NCBI GenBank assembly: GCA_963783595.1 | Contig: CAWAPA010000014.1 | Location: 21,277-85,276 of the forward strand | Length of the DNA: 64,000 nucleotides | Direction: 5' to 3' | Source of the DNA: an uncultured Alphaproteobacteria bacterium | GTDB lineage: Bacteria; Pseudomonadota; Alphaproteobacteria; Rhodobacterales; Rhodobacteraceae | Shown: positions 17,454-28,304 of the stretch, piece by piece | Layout: each line of letters starts with the position of its first letter | Position numbering within the stretch: position 1 is the first letter of the stretch | Notes under the pieces: model-generated | Seen by the model: only the letters and a program-made list of their open reading frames with translations | Told to the model about the DNA's origin: nothing | Databases searched by the model: none | Position numbers and translations under genes: made by a program

Positions 17454-17804
17454 ATGAACGCAGACATCACCCGCATCGGCACCGGCCCCCGCATGAGCGA
17501 GGCCGTGGTGCATGGCGATACCATCTATCTGGCGGGGCAAGTCGGCAATCCCGGCGGGTCCGTGACGCAGCAGACCAAAGATGCCCTGGCCGAGGTTGAC
17601 CGCATTCTGGCACTTGCAGGTAGCAACAAGACCCGCATCCTTTCGGCCCAGATCTGGCTGGCAGACATGACCAGCTTTGCCGAAATGAACGCGGTCTGGG
17701 ATGCATGGGTGCCGCAGGGCCACACCCCCGCCCGCGCAACCGGCGAAAGCAAACTCGCCACACCGGAATATCTGGTCGAAGTGATCGTCGTCGCGGCCCG
17801 CTGA
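17454..17804 (+). CDS. RidA/YjgF/L-PSP family protein
   Basis: 116 aa with the family-typical GDTIYLAGQVG...PARATGE pattern. Confidence 0.75.
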   Translation: MNADITRIGTGPRMSEAVVHGDTIYLAGQVGNPGGSVTQQTKDALAEVDRILALAGSNKTRILSAQIWLADMTSFAEMNAVWDAWVPQGHTPARATGESKLATPEYLVEVIVVAAR

Positions 17805-18013
17805 TCGCGGTGTGATCCGCATCTAACGCCCGCGCGTCTGACATGTCTTGTCGGGCGCGCGCGGCCCCGGCACTGTTGCTGCCGACCGAAATCACGCAAA
17901 ACTCACTCAGACCTCACGCAGGCCGTCTTGCCGCAGGCGGCGTGATCGGCTTAGCTGGGCGTATTCAACGTCTCGCATATACCGTTTCAACATTCAAACT
18001 GATGGAGTTTCCC

Positions 18014-18379
18014 ATGTCACACCGCGCATTCGTTTTGCGTTCCGCACTGATCATTGCCGTCGCAACCAGCACCGCCACGTCCACTTCCGCCCTCACGGTC
18101 ACCCGCTGCAACACGCTGTCGGACGGCGCGTTCAAGACCGCGCTGATCGTAGAGAGTGACGGCACACCATCCATTTACATCGTCGGTCAGGATGGTCTGA
18201 CGCCCGGCATCGCCAATGATCCGAAGGCCGCAGTATCATGGACCAACGCACGCTTCGGTGGCGCGGGTGCGGTCTATGCCGATTGCACGGGCGTCCGGGG
18301 CAACGATGAAGACCGCCTTCCGGCCCGTGGCGAACCCGAAGTGGAAGACGAAGGTGAATTCGACGAAGAACTTAACTGA
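18014..18379 (+). CDS. hypothetical secreted protein with an acidic C-terminus
   Basis: GGAG SD 6 nt before the ATG at 18014. Signal-like N-terminus. No family recognised. Confidence 0.45.
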   Translation: MSHRAFVLRSALIIAVATSTATSTSALTVTRCNTLSDGAFKTALIVESDGTPSIYIVGQDGLTPGIANDPKAAVSWTNARFGGAGAVYADCTGVRGNDEDRLPARGEPEVEDEGEFDEELN

Positions 18380-18431
18380 CACCCACCGAAAATCCCACCC
18401 TGGCCCTCCGGCCCGGATTGACCGCAAACCA

Positions 18432-18459
18432 GACGCGCGCCGGCCACACGCCGGGCGCG

Positions 18460-18461
<2 letters not shown>
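18432..18461. terminator. GC-rich hairpin between convergent genes
   Basis: GACGCGCGCCGG...CCGGGCGCGTC imperfect palindrome that overlaps the pgi stop codon. Confidence 0.4.
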
Positions 18462-20059
<1,598 letters not shown>

Positions 20060-20063
20060 CAAA

Positions 20064-20738
20064 TCACTCCGCCCAATGGACTGTTGCATTGGCCAGCACG
20101 GCTTTCACCGGGGCCTCAAGTTCGCTCAGATGTGCCGCACGCTCAATCGCACTGCGCTTTTCGGCACCCGTGATCACGACATGCGTGGTCATCGCCCCCC
20201 GCAGCACCGGGGCCGTCAACGTGATGCGCGGCTCACCCGCTGCATCGGCCCGCAGCGCCATTAACACCGGGGCATTCGGCGACAACGCCTCGGCCAGCAG
20301 GTCGGCACCCGGAAACAGGCTTGCCGTGTGCATATCCGCGCCCATCCCCAACAACAGCACCGAAATCGGCAAATGCGGCGCAATCCCTTCGCCCAAAGCC
20401 ACCAGTGCATCCTCAGGCTGGGCCGCATCGGCATACAGCGGCACATAGGCCGCCTGCGCTGCCATCCCGCGCAAAAGGCGCTCCCGGATCAGCCGCGTGT
20501 TCGACCGTTCACTGTCTTCGGGCACCCAACGTTCATCATTCAGAAACACCGTGACATTGGCCCAGTCGATGTCCACGCCCGACAGCGTGTCAAAGATCGG
20601 CCCCGGTGTTGTGCCGCCCGGTACGCAGAAAGACGCATGCCCGTCGCGGCGTAGAAAACCGGCAAGATCGCTGGCAATCAGGTTGGCCAGCGCCAGAAAC
20701 ATCATTTCGCGGTCGGGATATTCCTGCCAACGCATCAT
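20064..20738 (-). CDS. pgl: 6-phosphogluconolactonase
   Basis: Motifs [21 protein letters not shown] and [15 protein letters not shown]. Located between zwf and pgi. Confidence 0.8.
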   Translation of the reverse strand: MMRWQEYPDREMMFLALANLIASDLAGFLRRDGHASFCVPGGTTPGPIFDTLSGVDIDWANVTVFLNDERWVPEDSERSNTRLIRERLLRGMAAQAAYVPLYADAAQPEDALVALGEGIAPHLPISVLLLGMGADMHTASLFPGADLLAEALSPNAPVLMALRADAAGEPRITLTAPVLRGAMTTHVVITGAEKRSAIERAAHLSELEAPVKAVLANATVHWAE

Positions 20739-20754
20739 CGCCCCCCTAGGTGTG

Positions 20755-22206
20755 TCAGCGGATGTCACGCCAGCGGCGGCCATCCTTGTGCAGCAACATC
20801 AACGCATCATCAGGGCCCGCAGATCCCGGATCGTAACCTTTGGGCTTGTCGCCCCGTGCCTCCCACCCTTCGATGATCGGGTCAGTCCAGGCCCAGGCGG
20901 CCTCGACCTCGTCGCCGCGCATGAACAGGGTCTGGTTGCCCCGGATCACATCCATGATCAGGCGCTCATAGGCATCGGGAATGTCGGCACCCTCTTCACC
21001 CAAGGCCTCGGCAAATGACATGTCCAGCGGCACTTCCGTCAACCGCATGCCCCCCGGCCCCGGTTCCTTGATCATCACTGTCAGCGTCATGCCTTCATTC
21101 GGCTGCAACCGGATCACCAGCACGTTTTCATGCCAGTTCTTTTCATTGTCGAAAATCGAATGCGGCGGTGCCTTGAAGGTGATCGCGATTTCCGACGCAC
21201 GCGACCGCAACCGTTTGCCCGTGCGCAGATAGAACGGCGTGCCCTTCCAGCGCCAGTTCGAAATCCCCACCTTCATCGCGATGAAACTTTCAGTGCGGCT
21301 TTCGGGGTTTTCGCTATGTTCGACATAGCCGCCCTGCCCCGCGCCCGCCAGATACTGGCCGCGCACAATGTCCTTGGCATCCACCGGGTCCAGCGCCCGG
21401 ATCACCTTCAGCTTTTCATCCCGCACCGCGTTCGGGTCAAAGTGATAGGGCGGCTCCATCGCGATCAGGCACAGCAACTGCATCATATGGTTCTGCACCA
21501 TATCGCGCATCGCACCCGATTTGTCGTAATAGGCCCCGCGCCCGTCAACGCCCACCGTTTCGCCCACCGTGATCTGCACATTGTCGATGTATTGCGCCTT
21601 CCAGATCGGCTCGAACAGGATATTGGCGAACCGCACCGCCATCAGGTTCTGCACGGTTTCCTTGCCCAGATAATGGTCGATCCGGTAAATCTGGCTTTCG
21701 GTAAAATGGCTCGCCAACACGCCGTTCAGGGCCCGCGCTGTTGCAAGATCACGACCGAAGGGCTTTTCCACGACGATCCTGCTCTCTGGATCGGCAATGC
21801 CGTACTGATGCAACCGTTCCGCCAGATCGCCGAACAGTGACGGTGCCACCGAAAAATAGAAGGCCCGCACCATCCCCGGCTGCATCAGGTCTTTCAACGT
21901 GTCCCAGCCGCCCGTGCCAGTCGCATCGATCGGCACATAAAACAGCCGGTCCAGAAACGCCGCGATCTGCGCCTTGTCCTGCTTGTCCTTGGCGACAAAC
22001 TCGGCAATCGCGGCCCGCGCCAGATCGCGATAGCCCGCATGATCAAGTTCGGCCCGCGCCGCCCCGATGATCTGTGATGCCGGCGGAATCTGTCCCCCGA
22101 TGAACCGCCGGTACAGGCCCGGCAGAATCTTGCGCTTGGCAAGGTCGCCCGTGCCGCCAAACACCACCAGCACAAACGGCTCAACCGGAATGACGCGCGA
22201 AACCAT
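20755..22206 (-). CDS. zwf: glucose-6-phosphate 1-dehydrogenase
   Basis: 483 aa with motifs GGTGDLAKRKILP, RIDHYLGKE and EKPFG. Confidence 0.9.
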   Translation of the reverse strand: MVSRVIPVEPFVLVVFGGTGDLAKRKILPGLYRRFIGGQIPPASQIIGAARAELDHAGYRDLARAAIAEFVAKDKQDKAQIAAFLDRLFYVPIDATGTGGWDTLKDLMQPGMVRAFYFSVAPSLFGDLAERLHQYGIADPESRIVVEKPFGRDLATARALNGVLASHFTESQIYRIDHYLGKETVQNLMAVRFANILFEPIWKAQYIDNVQITVGETVGVDGRGAYYDKSGAMRDMVQNHMMQLLCLIAMEPPYHFDPNAVRDEKLKVIRALDPVDAKDIVRGQYLAGAGQGGYVEHSENPESRTESFIAMKVGISNWRWKGTPFYLRTGKRLRSRASEIAITFKAPPHSIFDNEKNWHENVLVIRLQPNEGMTLTVMIKEPGPGGMRLTEVPLDMSFAEALGEEGADIPDAYERLIMDVIRGNQTLFMRGDEVEAAWAWTDPIIEGWEARGDKPKGYDPGSAGPDDALMLLHKDGRRWRDIR

Positions 22207-22304
22207 GATGACCTCGGTCTTAAGGAAAGGGGCGCCCCGTTAGCGCTAACGCCTTCTAGCCCCCCCAGCCGCACAAGTCTAGCACAGCACGCCGGGCGGT
22301 GGCA

Positions 22305-23078
22305 CTACATTGCCGTCCAGCCGCCATCCACGCTGATCGTGGTGCCGGTAATCTGATCGGCCGAGGCCGAACACAGAAACACCGTCGTGCCGCCGATCTG
22401 TTCCACCGTCGCAAACTGTTTTGACGGCTGCCGGTCCAGCATCACCTCGCGGATCACCGTTTCGCGGTCCATCCCGTGGGTTTTCATCTGATCGGGGATT
22501 TGCGCCTCCACCAGCGGCGTCAGCACATAACCGGGGCAGATCGCGTTGCAGGTGATCCCTTGCCCCGCCGTTTCCAACGCCACGGTTTTGGACAAGCCGA
22601 CCACCCCATGCTTGGCCGCAATATACGCGGATTTGAACGGGCTTGCCGTCAATCCATGCGCACTTGCGATGTTCACAATCCGCCCCCAACCCTTTGCCTT
22701 CATGCCGGGCAAGGCCGCAGCCGTCGTGTGAAACGCCGAATTCAGGTTGATCGCGATGATCGCATTCCACTTGTCGACCGGAAAGGTCTCAATCGGCGAG
22801 ACATGCTGGATGCCTGCGTTGTTCACCAGAATATCGCAGCCGCCCGCCCCGTCGATCAATGCCCGGCAGGCGTCACCATCGGACATGTCCGCGGCGATGT
22901 AGCTGGCCTTGACGCGGTGCCTGCGCCCCAGGTCAGCCGCCAGCGCATGGTCCTCGGGCCGGTCGGTGAAACTGTTCAACACCACGTCGGCCCCCGCCTC
23001 CGCCAGCGCCTCGGCCACACCCAGCCCGATGCCCGAATTTGATCCTGTGATGATCGCCCGCTTGCCCTGCAAAGTCAT
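22305..23078 (-). CDS. bdhA: 3-hydroxybutyrate dehydrogenase (short-chain dehydrogenase)
   Basis: SDR motifs TGSNSGIG, NNAG and YIAAKHG. GGAGG SD before the ATG at 23078. Confidence 0.7.
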   Translation of the reverse strand: MTLQGKRAIITGSNSGIGLGVAEALAEAGADVVLNSFTDRPEDHALAADLGRRHRVKASYIAADMSDGDACRALIDGAGGCDILVNNAGIQHVSPIETFPVDKWNAIIAINLNSAFHTTAAALPGMKAKGWGRIVNIASAHGLTASPFKSAYIAAKHGVVGLSKTVALETAGQGITCNAICPGYVLTPLVEAQIPDQMKTHGMDRETVIREVMLDRQPSKQFATVEQIGGTTVFLCSASADQITGTTISVDGGWTAM

Positions 23079-23140
23079 CGCCCGGCCTCCATGTTTGCAC
23101 CATGACCTTGCCATGCCGCATCTGCGAAGTGAACGCCCTG

Positions 23141-23222
23141 AAAAGAAAAAAACGCCGGCGCGAAGCCGGCGTTAAGTTATTGAGGCAGGTTTCATACAGG
23201 CAAGAAACCTATCGAGCAGTGG
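23141..23222 (-). ncRNA. candidate small RNA or transcription-attenuating leader upstream of bdhA
   Basis: Minus strand has TTGGCC (23255-50), a 17-nt spacer and TATATA (23232-27). Then stem-loop AGGTTTC/GAAACCT (23187-23210). Then a 9-bp GC hairpin AACGCCGGC/GCCGGCGTT (23151-73) followed by TTTTTTTCTTTT. Confidence 0.35.
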
Positions 23223-23334
23223 GGTATATATACGCCGTCATGCGCCGATGGCCAAGTTAAAAGTTTGAAATCATTGGCAGGGCACTTTACGCTGGTTCCA
23301 ACGAAAAAACGGGCAGCAGGAGAACCGCCTCACC

Positions 23335-25147
23335 ATGGCATCACGGATTTTCACAAGGGCGACAGTGGCTTCTGCGGTGATGCTGATTCTTGGCGCGCTA
23401 TCGGCCACTGCCGACCCGCAACATGGCATAGCTATGTATGGCGACCCCGCTTTGCCCCCGGATTTTGTGTCTTTGCCCTATGCCAACCCCGATGCCCCAA
23501 AGGGCGGGCGCATCATCTTTGGCGAAGGCGGCAGCTTTGACAGCCTCAATCCGTTCGTGACCAAAGGCAACCCGGCGACAGGTATCGCGGCCCTGACGGT
23601 CGAGACGCTGATGGGGCGCAGTTATGACGAACCCTTCTCGCTTTACGGCCTTCTGGCCGAATCGATCGAGACCGATTCTGCCCGCTCCTTCGTGCAATTC
23701 ACCCTGCGCCCGCAGGCCCGATTCTCGGATGGCACCCCTGTCACTGCCGATGACGTGCTGTGGTCGATGGAAACGCTGGGCACCACCGGCAACGCCCGCT
23801 ATCGCAGCGCCTGGGCCAAGATTGCGCGCGCTGAAAAGATCGACGACCGCACCGTGCGCTTTACCTTTACCGAAGCCGACCGCGAACTGCCGCTGATCCT
23901 TGGCCTGCGCCCGATCCTGCAACGCGCGCAATGGCAAGGTCGCGACTTTGCCGAAACCGCCACCGAACCTGTCATCGGCTCCGGCCCCTATATCGTCGGC
24001 CCCTATGACATGGGGACCCAGATCACCTACATCCGCAACCCGAACTGGTGGGGCGCGGACCTGCCTTTCAACCGTGGCCTGCACAACCTTGATGAGGTGC
24101 GCTATGACTATTTCACCGATGCCTCTGTGGTGTTCGAGGCGTTCAAGGGCGGCCTGACCACCAGTTACCGCGATACCAACCCGGTTGCATGGGCCACCGC
24201 CTATGACTTTCCGGCAGTCATTGCCGGCGATATCGTGCAATCGGAAATTCCCCACGCCCGTCCCTCGGGCATCGAAGGCTTTGCCTTCAACACCCGCAAG
24301 CCAATTTTTGCCGACTGGCGCGTGCGCGAGGCGCTGATTCAGGCCTTCAACTTCGAATTCATCAACCAGACCCTGAACAACGGCGCCCAGGCGCGCATCA
24401 CGTCCTATTACAGCAACACGCCCTTGGGCATGCAGCCCGGCACACCCGCAACAGGCGGCGTGCTGGCCCTGTTGGAGCCGTTCAAGGCAGACCTTCTGCC
24501 GGGGGCGCTCGACGGCTATGCCCTGCCCGTCTCTGACGGGTCGGAGGCGAACCGCAAAGGCATCCGTGCGGCGACAAAACTGCTGGAAGAGGCGGGCTGG
24601 GTCGTCACAGACGGCGTGCTGATGGATCAGAGATGGCAAGCCCTTCACCTTTGACATCATGCTGGTCAACGGAGCCGACACGATGATTGCCGCCGCCACG
24701 ATCTATGCCGAAAACCTGCGTCGGCTGGGGATCGCGGCCCGCATCGTTACCGTCGACAATGCCCAATATACCGAACGCACCGGGGCCTACGACTTTGACA
24801 TGACGCATTACATCCGGTCACTCTCGCTGTCGCCCGGCATTGAACAGGGCCTCTACTGGGGCAGCGCGGGCGTGACCGAACCCGGCACGCGCAACTGGAT
24901 GGGCATCAATTCACCCGCCGCCGATGCGATGATTGCAGCCCTGCCCGCCACGGATGATCCGGCAACTTTTCGCGACACGGTCGAGGCGCTTGACCGCATC
25001 TTAACATCCGGTCGCTATGTCATTCCGATCTGGTATGCCAAAATCGGACGTCTGGCTCATCGGCGCGAATTGCATTATCCCGAACGCCTGCCGCTTTATG
25101 GCGACTGGATCGGCTTTCAACCTGACGTATGGTGGTATCAAGAATGA
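23335..25147 (+). pseudogene. ABC transporter substrate-binding protein (family 5, peptide/opine type), frame-disrupted near 24628-24634
   Basis: Signal peptide present. ORF 23335..24654 ends ...VVTDGVLMDQ+RWQALHL*. The continuation DGKPFTFDIMLVNGADT... is in the +1 frame (ORF 24659..25147). Confidence 0.75.
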
Positions 25148-25254
25148 AGACAATCGCACTCATCACCCTTCTGGCCCTCGCAGGCTGCAACACGATTGCA
25201 GGCGTCGGCCAGGACATCACCGGCGGCGCCAACACGGTGCGCGACACGTTCTGA
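25144..25254 (+). CDS. entericidin-like small lipoprotein (36 aa)
   Basis: MKTIALITLLALAGCNTIAGVGQDITGGANTVRDTF has a lipobox (LAGC) and a Gly-rich tail typical of EcnA/B. Its ATG overlaps the preceding stop. Too short to appear in the ORF track. Confidence 0.65.
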   Translation: MKTIALITLLALAGCNTIAGVGQDITGGANTVRDTF

Positions 25255-25255
25255 C

Positions 25256-25272
25256 ACGGCAACTGCCGTTTT
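25256..25272 (+). terminator. weak intrinsic terminator after the entericidin-like gene
   Basis: ACGGC-aact-GCCGT followed by TTT. Confidence 0.3.
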
Positions 25273-25482
25273 GCAGACGGATGTAGAGCCATGGGCCAAG
25301 CTGGGCCCTTGGCCGGGCGTGCAGATTGTCGTTCACCGGGGTCCGAACACGGTGAACAACGCGGGTCTGTTCGATCGGTGTTTGCGCGTTGTCACCACGA
25401 ACGCATCGGTCACGTTGGTCAGCAGGATGCGCCCTGCCCCCGCCCGTGCCGTGGTCACGACCACCAAATTGCACATGTCCAA

Positions 25483-25581
25483 CGATCACGAAATGTTTCA
25501 GAACTCTTAACGCAGCCTGTGGATAACTCTATCGGATCGTTGATTTCATTGTATAATCCTGAAAATTGACAGCCGTCAATT
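25483..25581 (+). repeat. AT-rich intergenic repeat, copy 2 of 3
   Basis: Blocks: CGATCACGAAATGTTTCAG, TTAAC (25507-11), TGTGGATAA (25518-26), TATAAT (25552-57), TTGACAGCCGTCAA (25566-79). Confidence 0.85.
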
Positions 25582-25594
25582 TCAACCGCCACGC

Positions 25595-26215
25595 TCATGT
25601 CAGCGAGGTTACCCACAGGATCGTCGCATCCTCATCCGACAGGCTGATGACATTGTGTCCCATGCTGGCGTCGTAATAGGCGCTGTCGCCGCGCCGCAGA
25701 TCGACAGGTTCGTAGAACTCGGTATACAGCCGCACCACCCCTGTCAGCACAAACAGAAATTCCTCGCCATCATGGCGCACCCAGCCGCCGAATTCGTCCA
25801 GATCGCGGGCGCGGATGCGGGCGCGGTAGGGCAGCATCTGCTTTTTCGTCAGTGCCCCCGCCAGCAGTTCATGCTCGTAAGTCGTGGTCGCATGCCCCTG
25901 CCCCTCGCCCAGCTTGGTCACCGCCATCCGCCCCGACACTTGCGCGCGGGATGGTGCGGTGAACAGTTGCGGCACCGAAATCGCCAACCCCTCGGCCAGC
26001 TTTTTCAACGCCTCATAGGTTGGTGACATCTGCCCGTTTTCGATCTTTGACAGTGTAGACCGCGCCAGACCCGCCTGCTGCGCCGCCTGCTCCAGCGTCC
26101 AGCCCCGCGCGCGCCGCAATGACCGCACCCGCTCGCCCAGATTCAAAGGTTCGACCGGCGTGTCCGGCCCGGCCTCTCGTGCAATGCGGATCAGGTTCTT
26201 TGGATCGGATGACAT
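25595..26215 (-). CDS. XRE-family HTH transcriptional regulator with C-terminal cupin domain
   Basis: HTH segment LRRARGWTLEQAAQQAGLARSTLSKIENG plus a cupin-like C-terminus (HDGEEFLFVLTG...YYDASMGH). Confidence 0.8.
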   Translation of the reverse strand: MSSDPKNLIRIAREAGPDTPVEPLNLGERVRSLRRARGWTLEQAAQQAGLARSTLSKIENGQMSPTYEALKKLAEGLAISVPQLFTAPSRAQVSGRMAVTKLGEGQGHATTTYEHELLAGALTKKQMLPYRARIRARDLDEFGGWVRHDGEEFLFVLTGVVRLYTEFYEPVDLRRGDSAYYDASMGHNVISLSDEDATILWVTSLT

Positions 26216-26321
26216 GGTGCATCCGCTAACCGATGCTGTGCAGTCTTGCAACATTTCCGCGTCTTGCAACGGTCACAGGCCGGGCGTAGGTCTGCACCAT
26301 GCCCCGCTGAAAGCCTGTGCC

Positions 26322-26951
26322 ATGATCCGTCTTGATATTTTCTCCGACCCGGTTTGCCCGTGGTGCTATATCGGCAAGGCCCATCTGGACCGCGCTCTGG
26401 CGGCGAAGGGCGATCACCCGTTTGAAATCGAATGGCACCCGTTCCAGCTGAACCCGGACATGCCCGCCGGCGGCATGGACCGCGCGACTTATCTTGAGGC
26501 AAAGTTCGGCGGCAAGGATCGCGCCGCACAAATCTATGCCCGTGTCGAAGACGCCGCGCGCGAAGCAGGGTTGCAGATCGACTTTGCGAATATTCCCCGT
26601 ATTCCCAACACGCTTGACGCCCATCGTCTGATCCATTGGGCCGGGCTGGAGGGGAAGCAAACCCTGATGAAGGCCGCCCTGATGCGCGCCTACTGGCGCG
26701 ATGCGCGTGACATCGGCGACCACGAAACCCTTGCCGACATCGCAGCCGAGACCGGCCTTGACCGCACCGCCATAGCGCGTCTGCTGGCCACCGACGCCGA
26801 TCGTGACACCATCACCGCGCGCGACACGCACGCTCGGGAACGCGGCATCAACGCCGTGCCGACCTTCATCGTGGCCAATCAGTACGTTCTGTCAGGTGCG
26901 CAGCCACCGCATCTGTGGGAACAGGTCATGACGGAACTGGCAGGGCAGTGA
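26322..26951 (+). CDS. DsbA-family oxidoreductase (FrnE / HCCA isomerase-like)
   Basis: Thioredoxin-fold motif DPVCPWCYIGK. About 209 aa. Confidence 0.75.
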   Translation: MIRLDIFSDPVCPWCYIGKAHLDRALAAKGDHPFEIEWHPFQLNPDMPAGGMDRATYLEAKFGGKDRAAQIYARVEDAAREAGLQIDFANIPRIPNTLDAHRLIHWAGLEGKQTLMKAALMRAYWRDARDIGDHETLADIAAETGLDRTAIARLLATDADRDTITARDTHARERGINAVPTFIVANQYVLSGAQPPHLWEQVMTELAGQ

Positions 26952-27036
26952 CATCGCCAACCCCGAACCAGATCATACGGCCTTGTGACCGCATCTCTTG
27001 CCACGCCACTGCTTCGTTGACCCGAAAGGCCACCCC

Positions 27037-28254
27037 GTGACCGATGCCCCGATCCTCGACACCAAACCCGCCCTTGGCCGGGTAGAATTCATCGGCCTCA
27101 TGGCCATGCTGTTTGCCATTATTGCGCTTGCAATTGACGCCATGTTGCCCGCCATGCCCACAATCGCCGCAGAGTTTTCGCCCGATGCACCTGATCGCGC
27201 TGGCCTTGTGATTTCCAGCTTTGTGTTCGGGATGGGGGTTGGCACATTGTTCGTCGGCCCGTTCGCCGACCGTTTCGGCCGCAAAACCACCATCCAGTTT
27301 GGCCTTGCCTTGTTCATGGTGGGTGGTGCGCTGGCCGCGAATGCGTGGTCGCTGGAAACCCTGCTTGCCGCCCGTGTCATCATGGGCCTTGGTGCTGCAG
27401 CCCCGCGCGTGGCCTCCATGGCGATGATCCGCGACCAGTTTTCGGGCCGCCAGATGGCACAGATCATGTCGTTCGTGATGATGGTCTTCATGATCGTGCC
27501 CGCCGCTGCCCCCGCCATGGGGGCTTTGGTGATCGCGGGTTACGGATGGCGCGGCGTGTTCTGGACGTTCCTGCTGTTTGCGCTGCTGGCGGGCACATGG
27601 ATGACGATCCGCCAGCCTGAAACCCTTGCACGAGCACACCGCCGTCCGCTGCAATGGGTGACCCTGATCGCAGGCGCGCGCACCGTGCTGACCAATCGGC
27701 TGGCGCTGGCGTCGATCTTTGCACAGACCATGATGTTCGGGATGCTGTTTGGGATCCTGTCATCGGTGCAGCCACTGTTCGACAAGACCTTTGGCCGCGG
27801 CGATGCGTTTCCGGCGTGGTTCGCGCTGATCGCGCTTGTTTCTGCCATCGCCAGTCTGACCAACGCGTTGCTGGTGCGTCGCTTGGGGATGTATCGCGTC
27901 ATTCTGGTGGTGTTTGTGGGGGTAACGATCCTGTCGGCCTTCACGGCGGCCATGACGTTTGGGGGGCTTTGGCCTGCCGGTCTGTATTTCCCCGGCACCT
28001 TGCTGTGGCTGCTTGCGATGTTCTGCATGGTCGGGATGACCGCCGGAAACCTGAACGCCATCGCGATGGAGCCTTTGGGCCATATTGCGGGGCTTGCCGC
28101 GTCCATCATCCTGGCGGTGCCGACAATGCTGGCGACCCTGATTGCCGCGCCATTGGGTCTTGCGTTTGATGGAACGCCCGGCCCCTTGGCGCTCGGCTCT
28201 ACTCTTTGCTGCATCGCAGCCCTCGCGGTGATGCCGCAATTGCGGGCGCGCTAG
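27037..28254 (+). CDS. MFS transporter (Bcr/CflA-like drug resistance type)
   Basis: 12-TM pattern with LEFIGLMAMLFAIIALAIDAMLPAMP and FGRK motifs. The start is uncertain: GTG at 27037 or TTG at 26998. Confidence 0.7.
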   Translation: MTDAPILDTKPALGRVEFIGLMAMLFAIIALAIDAMLPAMPTIAAEFSPDAPDRAGLVISSFVFGMGVGTLFVGPFADRFGRKTTIQFGLALFMVGGALAANAWSLETLLAARVIMGLGAAAPRVASMAMIRDQFSGRQMAQIMSFVMMVFMIVPAAAPAMGALVIAGYGWRGVFWTFLLFALLAGTWMTIRQPETLARAHRRPLQWVTLIAGARTVLTNRLALASIFAQTMMFGMLFGILSSVQPLFDKTFGRGDAFPAWFALIALVSAIASLTNALLVRRLGMYRVILVVFVGVTILSAFTAAMTFGGLWPAGLYFPGTLLWLLAMFCMVGMTAGNLNAIAMEPLGHIAGLAASIILAVPTMLATLIAAPLGLAFDGTPGPLALGSTLCCIAALAVMPQLRAR

Positions 28255-28304
28255 GGAAACTCGCAACCGATGCCAGAGACATCGGTTGCTAACCAAGTAT
28301 CGTT

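Noticed and set aside
17014-18379. tRNA-Gly as the anchor of an integrated element.
   Set aside because: No integrase, no direct repeat of the tRNA 3' end and no phage or mobility genes follow it. Only three small ordinary-looking genes are present.
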